This document shows positions 9,521-19,341 of a stretch of 64,000 nucleotides of DNA, piece by piece. Position 1 is the stretch's first letter. Each line of letters starts with the position of its first letter. Where the stretch lies: NCBI GenBank assembly GCA_051418015.1, contig JBPRGF010000033.1:224001-288000 (forward strand), read 5' to 3'. The translations under genes and the position numbers were made by a program. Source of the stretch: Candidatus Nitrospinota bacterium M3_3B_026 (lineage in GTDB: Bacteria; Nitrospinota_A; UBA7883; JBPRGF01). Under the pieces are notes generated by a model. The model was not told the DNA's origin and ran no database searches. It worked only from the letters and a program-made list of their open reading frames with translations.

Positions 9521-10363
9521 TCAGCCCGCCGTCTTCTCCCCTCCGCTCGGCGGGGTTCTCCTGGGTGAAGGTGTATACTCCACCGCCTGCTGGCGCCGGA
9601 TCGGCTGGGGATAAAGCGCCATCATTTTCAGCACATCCTCGGGCATGTCATCGCTGACGTTGAACCCGAGTTTTTTCGCTTCCTCGAAGGTTATGGGGTA
9701 GTCATGGGTCCACCTGCCCTCGGTCAGTGTCCGGGCGAGGTTTTCGGCCTCCTCCGGCGCCATCTTGTCCGCCAGAAGCTCTTTCAGGGCCTGTTGCAGT
9801 TGCTCGATAGCCTTCTCCGCCTGGTCGGCGAGGATCAGGGTGGTGTCGTCCACCTCGTCGATCGACTTTCTCTTGACCACCTTCAGCAGCGACGCGGCGG
9901 GGAAATTGCCCACCTGCGGGTCCACCGGCCCCAGGAGCGCGTAGGGGCACATCACGATCTCGTCGGCGGCCAGGCCGATGAGCGTCCCGCCCGACATGGC
10001 GTAGAAAGGGACAAAGACCGTCACCTTCCCCTTGTGCCGGTGTATCGCCTTGGCGATCTGCACCGATGCGAGGACAACCCCTCCCGGCGTGTGCATGATG
10101 AGGTCCACGGGCATATCGGGGCCGGTCATGTGGATCGCCCGCATGATCTCCTCGGAGTCGTTGATGTTGATGTACCTTACCAGCGGGAAGCCGAGGAAGC
10201 TCATCGTCTCCTGCCTGTGGACGAGGACGATGACGCGGGATCCGCGATTTTTCTCGATCTGGGCGATAAGCCTCTGGCGCGCCGCCTCCAGCAGCCGCTG
10301 CTTCAGCGCGGGCTGCAACATGCTGATGAGAATAACTATCCACAGAACGTCTATCATGCTCAT
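9521..10363 (-). CDS. SDH (serine dehydrogenase proteinase) family ClpP-class protease
   Basis: HRQETMSFLG, HTPGG, YAMSGGTLIGLAADEI, LGPVDPQ, WTHDYPI; start MSMID overlaps the rhomboid stop. Confidence 0.9.
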   Translation of the reverse strand: MSMIDVLWIVILISMLQPALKQRLLEAARQRLIAQIEKNRGSRVIVLVHRQETMSFLGFPLVRYININDSEEIMRAIHMTGPDMPVDLIMHTPGGVVLASVQIAKAIHRHKGKVTVFVPFYAMSGGTLIGLAADEIVMCPYALLGPVDPQVGNFPAASLLKVVKRKSIDEVDDTTLILADQAEKAIEQLQQALKELLADKMAPEEAENLARTLTEGRWTHDYPITFEEAKKLGFNVSDDMPEDVLKMMALYPQPIRRQQAVEYTPSPRRTPPSGGEKTAG

Positions 10364-11109
10364 CGTTTTCCCCTCCGAGGTTTTCCCGCGCCGCAGAGGG
10401 CGCAGCCGATATCCAGCTCGTCGTCCATAAGGTCTCTTCGAGTCTTTTTCGGGAGCAAAAAGAAGCGGAACAGGAGAAGCCCCGCCGCGAAGCCCCCCAC
10501 GTGCGCCCACCAGGCCACGCCGCCCGCCTCCGCCGGGGAGCCGAGGGCGAGTATCCCGCTGAACACCTGGCTCATGCTCCAGAGCGCGATGTAGAACACC
10601 GCCGGGACCTGGACGAAAAGCGGCAGGAAAAGAACAGGGACCAGCAGGATGATCCTCGAACTCGGGAAGAGGAGGAGATAGGCCCCCATCACCCCCGCCA
10701 CCGCGCCAGAAGCGCCGACGGCGGGGACGGTGGACGATGGGTTGGCGACGGCGTGGGCCGCGCTCGCCGCGACGCCGCACAGGATGTAAAAGGCGGTGAA
10801 CCGCGCCGGGCCCATCCTGTCCTCCACGTTGTCTCCGAAAATCCACAATGTCCACATGTTGGCGAAGATGTGCGCCCAGCCTGCGTGCAGGAACATGTTC
10901 GTGAAAAAAGGCCAGGGGCGGTGAAACCAAGAGGCCGAAAGGTCGCCGCCGTAGACGGCCGGGATCAGGCCGAAGGCGTGGAAGAATGCCTTGCGGACAT
11001 CCGGCGGCAGCGACACTTCCAGCATGAACACGAAAACGTTGACGGCTATGACAAGCCACAGCGCCACCGACGGTCCGCGGCTTGGTATCGAGTCCCCTAC
11101 GGGTATCAT
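10360..11109 (-). CDS. Rhomboid family intramembrane serine protease
   Basis: MFLHAGWAHIFANM..LWIFGDNVED, GASGAV, AWWAHVGGF. Confidence 0.95.
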   Translation of the reverse strand: MIPVGDSIPSRGPSVALWLVIAVNVFVFMLEVSLPPDVRKAFFHAFGLIPAVYGGDLSASWFHRPWPFFTNMFLHAGWAHIFANMWTLWIFGDNVEDRMGPARFTAFYILCGVAASAAHAVANPSSTVPAVGASGAVAGVMGAYLLLFPSSRIILLVPVLFLPLFVQVPAVFYIALWSMSQVFSGILALGSPAEAGGVAWWAHVGGFAAGLLLFRFFLLPKKTRRDLMDDELDIGCALCGAGKPRRGKR

Positions 11110-11291
11110 TTTCCTGCGTCTTTCTCGCTGTCCGTTGCCCTTGCGAGAGGATAGTTTACCATCCTCGCCAAAGGCCGGGACGCGGGGAGCGCTCCTCCCC
11201 TTGCCCGGCATGACGCGGCGCTCTTCGTGGGGCGCAAAGGCGTTTTGCATTATAATTAAAATTTACGTTTTGGAATGGAGCTTTCCGCCAG

Positions 11292-12638
11292 GTGGAGATT
11301 CCCGAATACATAGGCCGTTACAGGATAGGCGAGATGATCGCCAAGGGCGGCATGGCGAAGATATATCACGCCACCGACGACCTCATCGGCCGCGACGTGG
11401 CCGTGAAGGTGACCGATACGTCCGACGCCTCCTGGGGGAAGATGGACAGCGACACGGTGATGCGCCAGTTCAACATGGAGGTGAGGATATCGGGCCAGCT
11501 TTCGCACCACAACTTCGTCACCGTCTACGACGCGGGCCAGACGGGCCCGCTTTGCTACCTGGTGATGGAGCTGATGGACGGCGCGCCCCTGGACAGGATC
11601 ATCAAGGGGCAGGAGCCGAAGATGGAGATGAGGCAGAAGCTCGACGTCCTGATCCAGGTTGCCCGGGCGTTGCATCACGCCCACCAGAGGGGTATCACCC
11701 ACCGCGACATAAAACCCTCGAACATCATGGTCCTGAAGAACGGCCAGGCCAAGCTGATGGATTTCGGCGTCGCCCACGTCTCGGAAGGGTCGGCCATAAA
11801 AGTCCCGGAAGAAAGCCGCCCCGCGGCGGCGGGCGGGACGCCTTATTACATGTCGCCGGAGCAGATAAACAAAAAACCGGTGGACGCGAAAAGCGACCTG
11901 TTCTCGCTGGCGGTCGTCGCCTACGAGCTTCTGACCGGCAAAAAACCTTTTACGGGCGACACCATGTTCGCGCTGTACGAGAGGATACTGCGCTCGGCGC
12001 CTGCGCCCATGCAGGAGATCAATCCCGTCGTTCCGGACAAGGTTGAAGCCCTCGTCACGCTGTGCCTGAACAAGGACCCGGAGCTTCGCCCGGCGTCTCT
12101 CAAGTCGTTCGCCGACCAGCTCGACGAGATACTGAACGAAAGCTTTTTCGCCGCCGGCGGCGAGACGATAACCAGGGAAACGCTGGACATCCTCCGCAGG
12201 TACCGCGAAAGCTTCACCTTCTTTTTCGACCTGGACAACTCCCAGATATACCAGCTGCTGCAGGTGTGCAAGGTCAGAAGATACAAAAAGGGCGAGATGA
12301 TATTCGACGAGGGGGAGGTGGCGCGGGAGATGTACCTGATAATGTCCGGCCAGGTGAGAATCATGAAGGGCAAGGCCGGGGCGGACTCAATCGTGATCCT
12401 GATCCTCAAGCGCGGGGATATCCTCGGGGAGATGGGGATAATCGACGGCGGCCCCCGCTCGGCCTCGGCGACGGCGGAGACGGACTGCCAGCTGCTTGTG
12501 CTGCACCAGGTTTCCCTGCTGCGCTGCGACGACAACACCGCCGGGAAGATATACAGAAACCTCGCCAGCATATTGTCGTCCAAGCTGCGGATGACATCTT
12601 CCAAGCTCGACCAGTTCTACCGCCAGGCGGATCTTTAA
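11292..12638 (+). CDS. Hanks-type Ser/Thr protein kinase with C-terminal cyclic-nucleotide-binding domain
   Basis: KGGMAKIY, VAVK, HRDIKPSN, DFG, GTPYYMSPE; cNMP motif GDILGEMGII..GPRSASATA; no TM segment. Confidence 0.92.
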   Translation: MEIPEYIGRYRIGEMIAKGGMAKIYHATDDLIGRDVAVKVTDTSDASWGKMDSDTVMRQFNMEVRISGQLSHHNFVTVYDAGQTGPLCYLVMELMDGAPLDRIIKGQEPKMEMRQKLDVLIQVARALHHAHQRGITHRDIKPSNIMVLKNGQAKLMDFGVAHVSEGSAIKVPEESRPAAAGGTPYYMSPEQINKKPVDAKSDLFSLAVVAYELLTGKKPFTGDTMFALYERILRSAPAPMQEINPVVPDKVEALVTLCLNKDPELRPASLKSFADQLDEILNESFFAAGGETITRETLDILRRYRESFTFFFDLDNSQIYQLLQVCKVRRYKKGEMIFDEGEVAREMYLIMSGQVRIMKGKAGADSIVILILKRGDILGEMGIIDGGPRSASATAETDCQLLVLHQVSLLRCDDNTAGKIYRNLASILSSKLRMTSSKLDQFYRQADL

Positions 12639-12658
12639 GAAGGCCGCCCCGGCGTCTT

Positions 12659-13873
12659 TCAGGCGAGCCTTGCGAACCGGCGTTTGCCGACCTTGACTAG
12701 TCTTTCTCCGTTCTTTTTGAGCTTGTGGTCGGGGTCTGTCACCTTCTTCCCGTCTATGGACACGGCCCCCTGTTGTATGAGCCTGCGCCCCTCGGAGGCG
12801 CTTTTTACCAGCTCCGCCTCGCGCAACACACCGGGCAGCCACGCCTCGCCGGACTCGTCCCAGGCCACCTCGCGCAAAGGGACATCCTCCGGCGTCTGTT
12901 TGCGGCGAAAGACCAGCTCGAACTGGCTTGCGGCCTCCTCCGCCGCGTCTTTCCCGTGGTAGCGGGCGGCGATCTCTTTGCCCAGCCTCGCCTTGGCATC
13001 TCTCGGGTTCACGGCGCCGGACCCGATGTCCGCCTTCAGCCGCTCCAGCTCCTCGTTGGATATGTCCGACAGAAGCTCGTAGTAGCGGAGCATCAGCTCG
13101 TCGGATATCGACATGACTTTGCCGAAAATCTCCTTCGGCGGCTCGTCGATCCCTATGTAGTTGCCGTAGGACTTGCTCATCTTCCGGACGCCGCCGGTCC
13201 CCTCCAAAAGCGGCATGGTTATGCAGACCTGCGGCGGCTGACCGTAGTGGCGCTGAAGGTCGCGCCCCACGAGCAGGTTGAACTTCTGGTCGCCGCCGCC
13301 AAGCTCCACGTCCGCCCGGAGGGCGACGGAGTCATACCCCTGCAGGAGGGGGTAAAGGAACTCGTGGATGGATATGGAGCGCCCCTCGGCGTAGCGCTTC
13401 GAAAAATCGTCCCGCTCCAGCATCCGGGCCACCGTGTAGCTCGCCGATATTTTTATGATCTCCTTTGGCGTGAGGCCGTCGAGCCACTCGCTGTTGAAGA
13501 CGATTTCCGTCCGTTCGGGGTCGAGAATTTTAAATATCTGCTCCTTGTAAGTCTCCGCGTTGGCGGCCACATCCTCGGGGGTCAGCGCCGGGCGCGTCTC
13601 GGACCTGCCGGAGGGGTCGCCGATCATCCCGGTGAAGTCGCCTATCAGGAAAAGGACGTGGTGGCCAAGGTCCTGCATCTGCCGCATCTTCTGGATGAGC
13701 ACGGTGTGCCCGAGGTGCAGGTCAGGCGCCGTCGGATCAAACCCTGCCTTCACCCGCAGCGGTTTTTTTTCCTTTACGGAGCGGGCGAGCTTTTTCTCGA
13801 GCTCCTCTTCGCTGAGTATTTCCAGCGCGCCGCGGCGGATGACCGAAAGCTGTTCCTCGACCGGTTTTAACAT
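12659..13873 (-). CDS. tyrS: Tyrosine--tRNA ligase
   Basis: [30 protein letters not shown]-terminal S4 domain KVGKRRF. Confidence 0.97.
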   Translation of the reverse strand: MLKPVEEQLSVIRRGALEILSEEELEKKLARSVKEKKPLRVKAGFDPTAPDLHLGHTVLIQKMRQMQDLGHHVLFLIGDFTGMIGDPSGRSETRPALTPEDVAANAETYKEQIFKILDPERTEIVFNSEWLDGLTPKEIIKISASYTVARMLERDDFSKRYAEGRSISIHEFLYPLLQGYDSVALRADVELGGGDQKFNLLVGRDLQRHYGQPPQVCITMPLLEGTGGVRKMSKSYGNYIGIDEPPKEIFGKVMSISDELMLRYYELLSDISNEELERLKADIGSGAVNPRDAKARLGKEIAARYHGKDAAEEAASQFELVFRRKQTPEDVPLREVAWDESGEAWLPGVLREAELVKSASEGRRLIQQGAVSIDGKKVTDPDHKLKKNGERLVKVGKRRFARLA

Positions 13874-13931
13874 CTGCGCCCTTCGATGATCTAAACTAGC
13901 AGGTAAACGCTAAAAAATAACACAACGGGCA

Positions 13932-15722
13932 ATGACGGTAAAGAAACAAGACCCGCGCGCGGCGGACGACCCAACCGCGGCGGCAAGGCGCAGGCTCGCG
14001 TTGGAGACGGGCTATGCCGTAAAAGACCCCGGCGGGAAAATATCCGTCGCGCTGGTCTACCCGAACGTCTACGAGATCGGGATGAGCAACCTGGGGTACC
14101 ACAAGATATACCACCTGCTCAACCGGCGCGACGGCGTGGTCTGCGAGCGGGCTTTTTTACCCTCTGAGGCCGGGATAGAATTTTTGAAGAAAAACAAAAA
14201 AACGCTCACCTCGATGGAAACCGGCCGGCCGATCAGGGATTTTGACATTATCGCCTTCTCCATAACCTTCGAGGCGGATTATCTGAACGTTTTGCGGGTT
14301 CTCGACCTTGCGGGCCTCCCCCTGCGTCGTGGGGACGGAGGCGGCGCTCCCCTGGTCATGGCGGGAGGAATCGCCGTGACCTTGAACCCGGAGCCGCTCG
14401 CGCCGTTTATCGATATCGCGGCGATAGGGGAGGGGGAGGGGATAATCGGCCCCCTGATGGACGCGGTGGAGGAGAAAGGATTTTCAGACCTTTCAGCCTT
14501 CGCCGCCCTCGACGGCGTATATGTCCCATCCGGCTACACGGCATCGTATGGCGCCGATGAACGGTTTGAAAAGCTGGAGCCTGCCGAAGGTTTTCCCGAG
14601 AAGACGCCAAGGGTGTGGGACAAGGGTTACGCCGCGTCGCCGAGCGCCACCGTCATCGACACGCCGGAGACCGTCTTCGGCGACATGGCGCTTGTCGAGA
14701 TAGGCAAAGGCTGCGGCAGGCATTGCCGCTTCTGCGCCGCGGGCTATATCTACAGGCCTACGCGCCACGCGGAAATGAGCCCCGTCCTCGCCGCCGTCGA
14801 CTCGGCCCTCGACCGGAGGGGCAAGGTGGGGCTTGTCTCGAGCGCCGTCTGCGACCACCCGGATATCGAAAGGATATTCGCCCGCATCGTGGAGAGGGGA
14901 GGGGATTTTTCGGTTTCCTCCCTGCGGCTAGACAGGCTGACGGACTCCATGCTGAAAAACCTCACCAGGGGAAAAGTCCACACCCTCACCCTCGCGCCCG
15001 AGGCCGGGACGGAGCGGCTGCGGAATATCATAAACAAGGATATCAGCGACGAGGTTATCCTGGACACGGCCCGGAGGATCGCCGTGGCGGGCGATTTCAG
15101 GCTGAAGCTCTATTTTCTCGTGGGCCTGCCGGGGGAGACGATGGAGGACGTGGACGGGATACAGGAGCTTGTCAGGAGAATGCATGGGGCCATGGACGTG
15201 GAGTGGAGAAGACGGGGAAGGACAAGCTCCATCACCGTCGGCGTCGACGGGTTCGTCCCCAAGGCGGGAACGCCTTTTCAGTGGGCCCCTTTCGGGGGGG
15301 TGAAAGAGGTGGGCGATAAGATAAACCGCGTGGCGCGCGAACTCAAAAAGATCCCGAACGTCTCCGTTCATTCTGGCTCCGCGCGGAAGGCGTATATCCA
15401 CGCCGTCCTGTCGATGGGGGACAGGCGGGCGGGGGATTTGCTCGAAAAAGCCTTCAGGCTGGGGGGAGACTGGCGCCGCGCTTTCGCCGAATGGGAGATG
15501 GACCCGGAGTTTTTCGCCGCCCGCCGCAAGGAGCCTGGCGAGCCGCTCCCCTGGGATTTTATCGATCATGGCCTGCGAGCGGGCTACCTGGAAAAAGAAT
15601 ACGAACGAAGCGGCAGGGGAAAGACAATCCCTCCATGTCCGCCGCCGGGCGAGGAGTGCTCCCGGTGCGGCGTCTTCGAGGGGGTCTGCTCCGGTTTCGG
15701 GGGTATGGAAAATGCCCGGTGA
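13932..15722 (+). CDS. Radical SAM protein (TIGR03960-like, B12-binding-domain class)
   Basis: YPNVYEIGMSNLG, CGRHCRFC, APEAGTERLR.IINK, LPWDFID, C-terminal Cys cluster. Confidence 0.85.
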   Translation: MTVKKQDPRAADDPTAAARRRLALETGYAVKDPGGKISVALVYPNVYEIGMSNLGYHKIYHLLNRRDGVVCERAFLPSEAGIEFLKKNKKTLTSMETGRPIRDFDIIAFSITFEADYLNVLRVLDLAGLPLRRGDGGGAPLVMAGGIAVTLNPEPLAPFIDIAAIGEGEGIIGPLMDAVEEKGFSDLSAFAALDGVYVPSGYTASYGADERFEKLEPAEGFPEKTPRVWDKGYAASPSATVIDTPETVFGDMALVEIGKGCGRHCRFCAAGYIYRPTRHAEMSPVLAAVDSALDRRGKVGLVSSAVCDHPDIERIFARIVERGGDFSVSSLRLDRLTDSMLKNLTRGKVHTLTLAPEAGTERLRNIINKDISDEVILDTARRIAVAGDFRLKLYFLVGLPGETMEDVDGIQELVRRMHGAMDVEWRRRGRTSSITVGVDGFVPKAGTPFQWAPFGGVKEVGDKINRVARELKKIPNVSVHSGSARKAYIHAVLSMGDRRAGDLLEKAFRLGGDWRRAFAEWEMDPEFFAARRKEPGEPLPWDFIDHGLRAGYLEKEYERSGRGKTIPPCPPPGEECSRCGVFEGVCSGFGGMENAR

Positions 15723-16494
15723 GCAAAGCGGCGCCCTTGCTCTCGTGAGCCCTTCGGGGGCGGAGGTTTATCGTTTTCCGGCCCTGGAAAAGCTGGGTTT
15801 TCGGGCCTTCGTCAGCGGCAGGAGGGGAGGCGTCAGTCCCGCCCCTTTCGACTCGCTTAACACAGCCTCGTCCGGCGGCGACAGCGTGGAGAACGTCGAA
15901 GAGAACATCCGCAGGATCATGGAGGCGGTGGAGATGGAAACCCTTTGGACTCCGCGCCAGGTCCATGGCGACGGCGTGGCTGTCATAGACTCCGCCGCGG
16001 CGCTTCCTTCCGGCGACACGGAGGCCGACGCCGTGGTTGTGACCGTCCCCGGCGCCGCCGTGGGGGTAAAAACCGCCGACTGCCTGCCGGTCCTCTTCTC
16101 CGACAGGGCGGGTCGCGCCGCCGCGGCCATACACGCCGGGCGTCGAAGCGTCGAGGCCCATCTTCCGCGCAAGACGGCGCGGATGATGATCGAGCGCTTT
16201 TCGATCGGCCCGGAGGACATCATCGCCGCGTTGGGGCCGCGCATCGGCAAGTGTTGCTACGAGGTGGACGAAGAAACCGCGCGCAGGTTCCATGGCTGTT
16301 GTGGCGGATCGGGGGGCAGGAAGCTCGACCTGGCGGAGGCCGTTGTTCGCCAACTCGAACAGGCAGGCGTCCGCGGCGAAAATATCCTGGATTGCGGGAT
16401 ATGCGTATCCTGCGAAAATGAACGGTTTTTCTCATACCGCGGCGATGGGCTGGTCACCGGAAGGTTCATGACCGGTATAGAGCTTCCGGGATGA
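15712..16494 (+). CDS. pgeF: PgeF/YfiH family (laccase-domain) protein
   Basis: GGVS..PFDSLN, QVHG, TADCLPVL, IHAG, GPRIG.CCYEV, FFSYR. Confidence 0.9.
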   Translation: MPGEQSGALALVSPSGAEVYRFPALEKLGFRAFVSGRRGGVSPAPFDSLNTASSGGDSVENVEENIRRIMEAVEMETLWTPRQVHGDGVAVIDSAAALPSGDTEADAVVVTVPGAAVGVKTADCLPVLFSDRAGRAAAAIHAGRRSVEAHLPRKTARMMIERFSIGPEDIIAALGPRIGKCCYEVDEETARRFHGCCGGSGGRKLDLAEAVVRQLEQAGVRGENILDCGICVSCENERFFSYRGDGLVTGRFMTGIELPG

Positions 16495-16521
16495 CGGCCA
16501 ATCGCCAGTTGAAGAAAAAGC

Positions 16522-16680
16522 AACCTCTGAAAAAGCTCTCTTTTCCCGTCATCTCAAGGAGCCGAAGGCGACGCGGCAATCTCAAGATACTGAAACATCG
16601 CGTCGTGAGATTGCTTCGCGGAGTTTATCCCGAGCTTTTCGAGGGACCTCAATGACAGGCCTGGGGCTTTTTCAGAGGCT
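16522..16680. repeat. RPE/MITE-like palindromic element with terminal inverted repeats
   Basis: TIRs AACCTCTGAAAAAGC / GCTTTTTCAGAGGCT (14/15) enclosing GTCAT...GCAATCTC...GAGATTGCTTCG...AATGAC. Confidence 0.75.
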
Positions 16681-16689
16681 AAAAAAAGT

Positions 16690-16718
16690 TTGACCAATGG
16701 CTGTTAATTGACTAAAAT
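16690..16718 (+). promoter_or_regulatory. sigma70-type promoter of cpoB-like gene
   Basis: TTGACC-N17-TAAAAT. Confidence 0.6.
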
Positions 16719-16763
16719 TAATTGAAATTATACGTTAGTTTTATGAATTATAGCGCCGTATCC

Positions 16764-17543
16764 ATGAGGGAACTTGTGAAGGCGTTTGCGTCGGCGGCGC
16801 TTTTGGTGGTGGTGTTCACAACCCAAGGGTGCGCCTCGAGCGAGCCCAAGCTGGAGGACGACATGGCGGCTTTGAAGTCGCAGGTTTGGTCCTTGCAAAA
16901 ACAGACATCCGAGCTGGGGCTCAAAATATCCTACAACAGCGATGAGCTGGCATTGCTCTCGGAGAGGCTCGAGATGATCGAGAAGACGTTAAATTCCCTG
17001 AGCAAAAGCGGGGCCGCCTCCCCGGAGCCCGCGCAGCCGCCCGCCCCGGAGGGTGAGCCTGGCTCGCAAGAGCAGACGTCCGTCCCGGAGCCCGCGCCGT
17101 CGATGATGGCCGGGGAGGCCGCGGACGCCCTGGGGTCTGATTTCAAGGACCTGGACGCGGAGAACATGTATAAAAGGGCGATGGAGCGCTTCAACGAAGG
17201 AGACTACGACTCTGCCATATCCGGCTTCAACTACATGGTCCGGCGGTATCCCGGCTCCGGTCTGGCGTCCAGCGCCCAGTACTGGGTCGGGGAGTCTTTC
17301 TACAGCCTTAAGCGCTACGCGCGGGCGGTCGAGGAGTTCAGGATGATCCTGAGCCGTTATCCCCGGAGCCCGAAGACCCCCGACGCTCTTTTGAAGATAG
17401 GCCTGTGCAAGTTCGAGATCGGCAAGAGGGATGAAGGGGAAAAGTTTTTGAAAAGAGTCATCGAGGAGTATCCGAACAGCGCGGCGGCCTCCACGGCCGG
17501 AAAGCTCCTTTCGGAGGCGCCGGGCATCGTGGAACAACAATAG
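16764..17543 (+). CDS. cpoB: Tol-Pal system protein YbgF/CpoB (lipoprotein, coiled coil + TPR); start 16743 or 16764
   Basis: Lipobox TQGC; SAQYWVGESFY, YPRSPKTPDALLKIG, VIEEYPNS. Confidence 0.85.
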   Translation: MRELVKAFASAALLVVVFTTQGCASSEPKLEDDMAALKSQVWSLQKQTSELGLKISYNSDELALLSERLEMIEKTLNSLSKSGAASPEPAQPPAPEGEPGSQEQTSVPEPAPSMMAGEAADALGSDFKDLDAENMYKRAMERFNEGDYDSAISGFNYMVRRYPGSGLASSAQYWVGESFYSLKRYARAVEEFRMILSRYPRSPKTPDALLKIGLCKFEIGKRDEGEKFLKRVIEEYPNSAAASTAGKLLSEAPGIVEQQ

Positions 17544-17571
17544 CGGGTTTGAATAAAGGGGTTTTTCGGCG

Positions 17572-18579
17572 ATGAGAAAACAAGCCTTGGTGTACGCGCT
17601 GAGCGCGCTGGCAGTCTTCTTTTCCGGCGCCGGTTCCGCGCCGGCTTTTGACGGAAAGGTGTTTGGGATCGTCGTGAGCGGCGGATACGCCGACGACCGC
17701 GCGCGTAAGGGCGAGAAGGAGACGACAACCGAGGAGGTTCAGAAGGACCTTGAAAAAGCTGCGCGGGAGCTTTTCGGAGCCCCGGCGGAAGAGCCGGAGG
17801 AAGCCGCCGCGCCCGAGCCTGCGGAAAAGACCATGGATATCTCGGCGGGAGAGGAGCTGACGGAGGATTTCTTCACGAAAACCGAGCCTGTGGCGCATCC
17901 GAAGCTTTACGAGACGGCGGGGTATATAGCCGATGAGTTCGACTATTACGGCGAGGTGATCGACGGCGGGGACAGCCAGAGGGTCTCCTTCAGCTATCCG
18001 GATGTCGTTTATATCGACAAGGGATCGGATCACGGGGTCCGCGAAGGCGACAGGTTTTTCGTCGGCCACGCCGAGAGCGAGGAGGTTGAACATCCCGTTA
18101 CGGGCGAGGTCATGGGGCGGAAGATCCTGATGGATGGCGTCATAAAAGTGGTGGAGACAACGCCGGACGTGTCGAAGGCCGTAATTACAAGCTCGTTCGA
18201 CGTCATTGAGCGCGGCGACAAGATACTGCCATACAGGGAGCCGCAGCCGCCCGCCGTGGACCCGGATAAGCCCGTCACCGATAAGGACATAGAAGGGTAC
18301 ATAGTTGAAAGCCGCCGCGAGAAAAGCCATTACGGCATGGGAGATATCGTCTACTTCGATGTCGGCGAGGAGTCCGGCGTGGCCCCGGGGGACGTTTTCG
18401 ACATCCTGGACACCTCTGAGGTGGTGCGCCGAGGCGGGGAAATCGTGAAGGGCCTGCCGAAGGTGATAGGACGGGCGAGGATATTGTCCGCCCGGAGCGG
18501 CGTCTCCACGGCCTACATATTCACCAGCGAAAACGTCATCGTCGCCGGTGACGTGGTGACCTTCACGCCCGTCAGGTAA
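17572..18579 (+). CDS. Exported beta-rich protein (FlgT C-terminal-like / LysM-protein C-terminal-like repeats)
   Basis: Signal peptide; two VYIDKG/VYFDVG..GV..GD.F repeats; HPVTGE. Confidence 0.6.
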   Translation: MRKQALVYALSALAVFFSGAGSAPAFDGKVFGIVVSGGYADDRARKGEKETTTEEVQKDLEKAARELFGAPAEEPEEAAAPEPAEKTMDISAGEELTEDFFTKTEPVAHPKLYETAGYIADEFDYYGEVIDGGDSQRVSFSYPDVVYIDKGSDHGVREGDRFFVGHAESEEVEHPVTGEVMGRKILMDGVIKVVETTPDVSKAVITSSFDVIERGDKILPYREPQPPAVDPDKPVTDKDIEGYIVESRREKSHYGMGDIVYFDVGEESGVAPGDVFDILDTSEVVRRGGEIVKGLPKVIGRARILSARSGVSTAYIFTSENVIVAGDVVTFTPVR

Positions 18580-18647
18580 GGCCCGCAGGGACACGCCATA
18601 CGCCTCGTGGGTTGTTGCGCGGCGTTTCAGCCCCAGGCGTGGAAAGT

Positions 18648-18695
18648 GAAAATTTGGCGAAAAGCGTTGACTTTCGTTTTGTTTTCGCTTACTCT
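18648..18695 (+). promoter_or_regulatory. lexA promoter with candidate direct-repeat LexA operators
   Basis: TTGACT (18667-18672)-N17-TACTCT (18690-18695); TGAAA-N6-CGAAA upstream of -35 and TTTCG-N6-TTTCG in the spacer. Confidence 0.65.
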
Positions 18696-18714
18696 GCTTC
18701 TCGGAGGTAGATAA

Positions 18715-19320
18715 ATGATCCTGACCAGGAAGCAGAAGCTGATCTACGATTTCATCGTATCCTTCATCGAGGAGAACGGATACGCCCCCAGCATCATGGA
18801 GATAGGGGAGAACTTCGGTCTATCCTCTCCAGCCACCATCCATAAACACCTGGCGAACCTTGAGGCGAAGGGTCTTCTCCGGCGGCGCAGGAACATGAGC
18901 AGAGCCATAGAGATGCTCCCGCGGGAGAAAGGGGAGGCCGCCTCGGCGCCGGTTCCGTTGCTTGGCATGATAGCCGCCGGGGCTCCGATGGAGGTTTTTG
19001 AGAACGAGGAGTGTATCTGCGTTCCGGAGGACATGATAGGCAGGAATAGGACATATGTTCTCAAAGTGCGGGGGGAGTCGATGATCGAGGAGCAGATACG
19101 CGACGGGGACTACGTCATAGTCGACGAGCGCGAACAGGCCGACAACGGGGACACGGTCGTCGCGCTGATAGACAACGAAAGCGTGACGCTCAAGAAATAT
19201 TACCGGGAGAACGGCCACGTCCGTCTGCAGCCTGCGAACTCCTCCATGGAGCCGATCATCCTCCCCGCGGAGCGCGTCGCCGTCCAGGGGGTCGTGATCG
19301 GGCTTTTGCGAAAGTTCTAG
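18715..19320 (+). CDS. lexA: SOS repressor LexA
   Basis: LTRKQ..IYDFI, GYAPS..EI, HKHL..LE.KG wHTH; Ala-Gly cleavage site IAAGAP; VRGESM (Ser), TLKK (Lys), LQPAN; GGAGG RBS. Confidence 0.97.
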   Translation: MILTRKQKLIYDFIVSFIEENGYAPSIMEIGENFGLSSPATIHKHLANLEAKGLLRRRRNMSRAIEMLPREKGEAASAPVPLLGMIAAGAPMEVFENEECICVPEDMIGRNRTYVLKVRGESMIEEQIRDGDYVIVDEREQADNGDTVVALIDNESVTLKKYYRENGHVRLQPANSSMEPIILPAERVAVQGVVIGLLRKF

Positions 19321-19341
19321 CATGTTGTGACGGGCAAGACT

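Noticed and set aside
19318..19329. lexA and hgcA are in the same frame, separated by a single TAG (possible readthrough or pyrrolysine LexA-HgcA fusion)
   Set aside because: One-in-three chance coincidence; LexA ends at its normal C-terminus (GLLRKF) and there are no pyl genes in the window.
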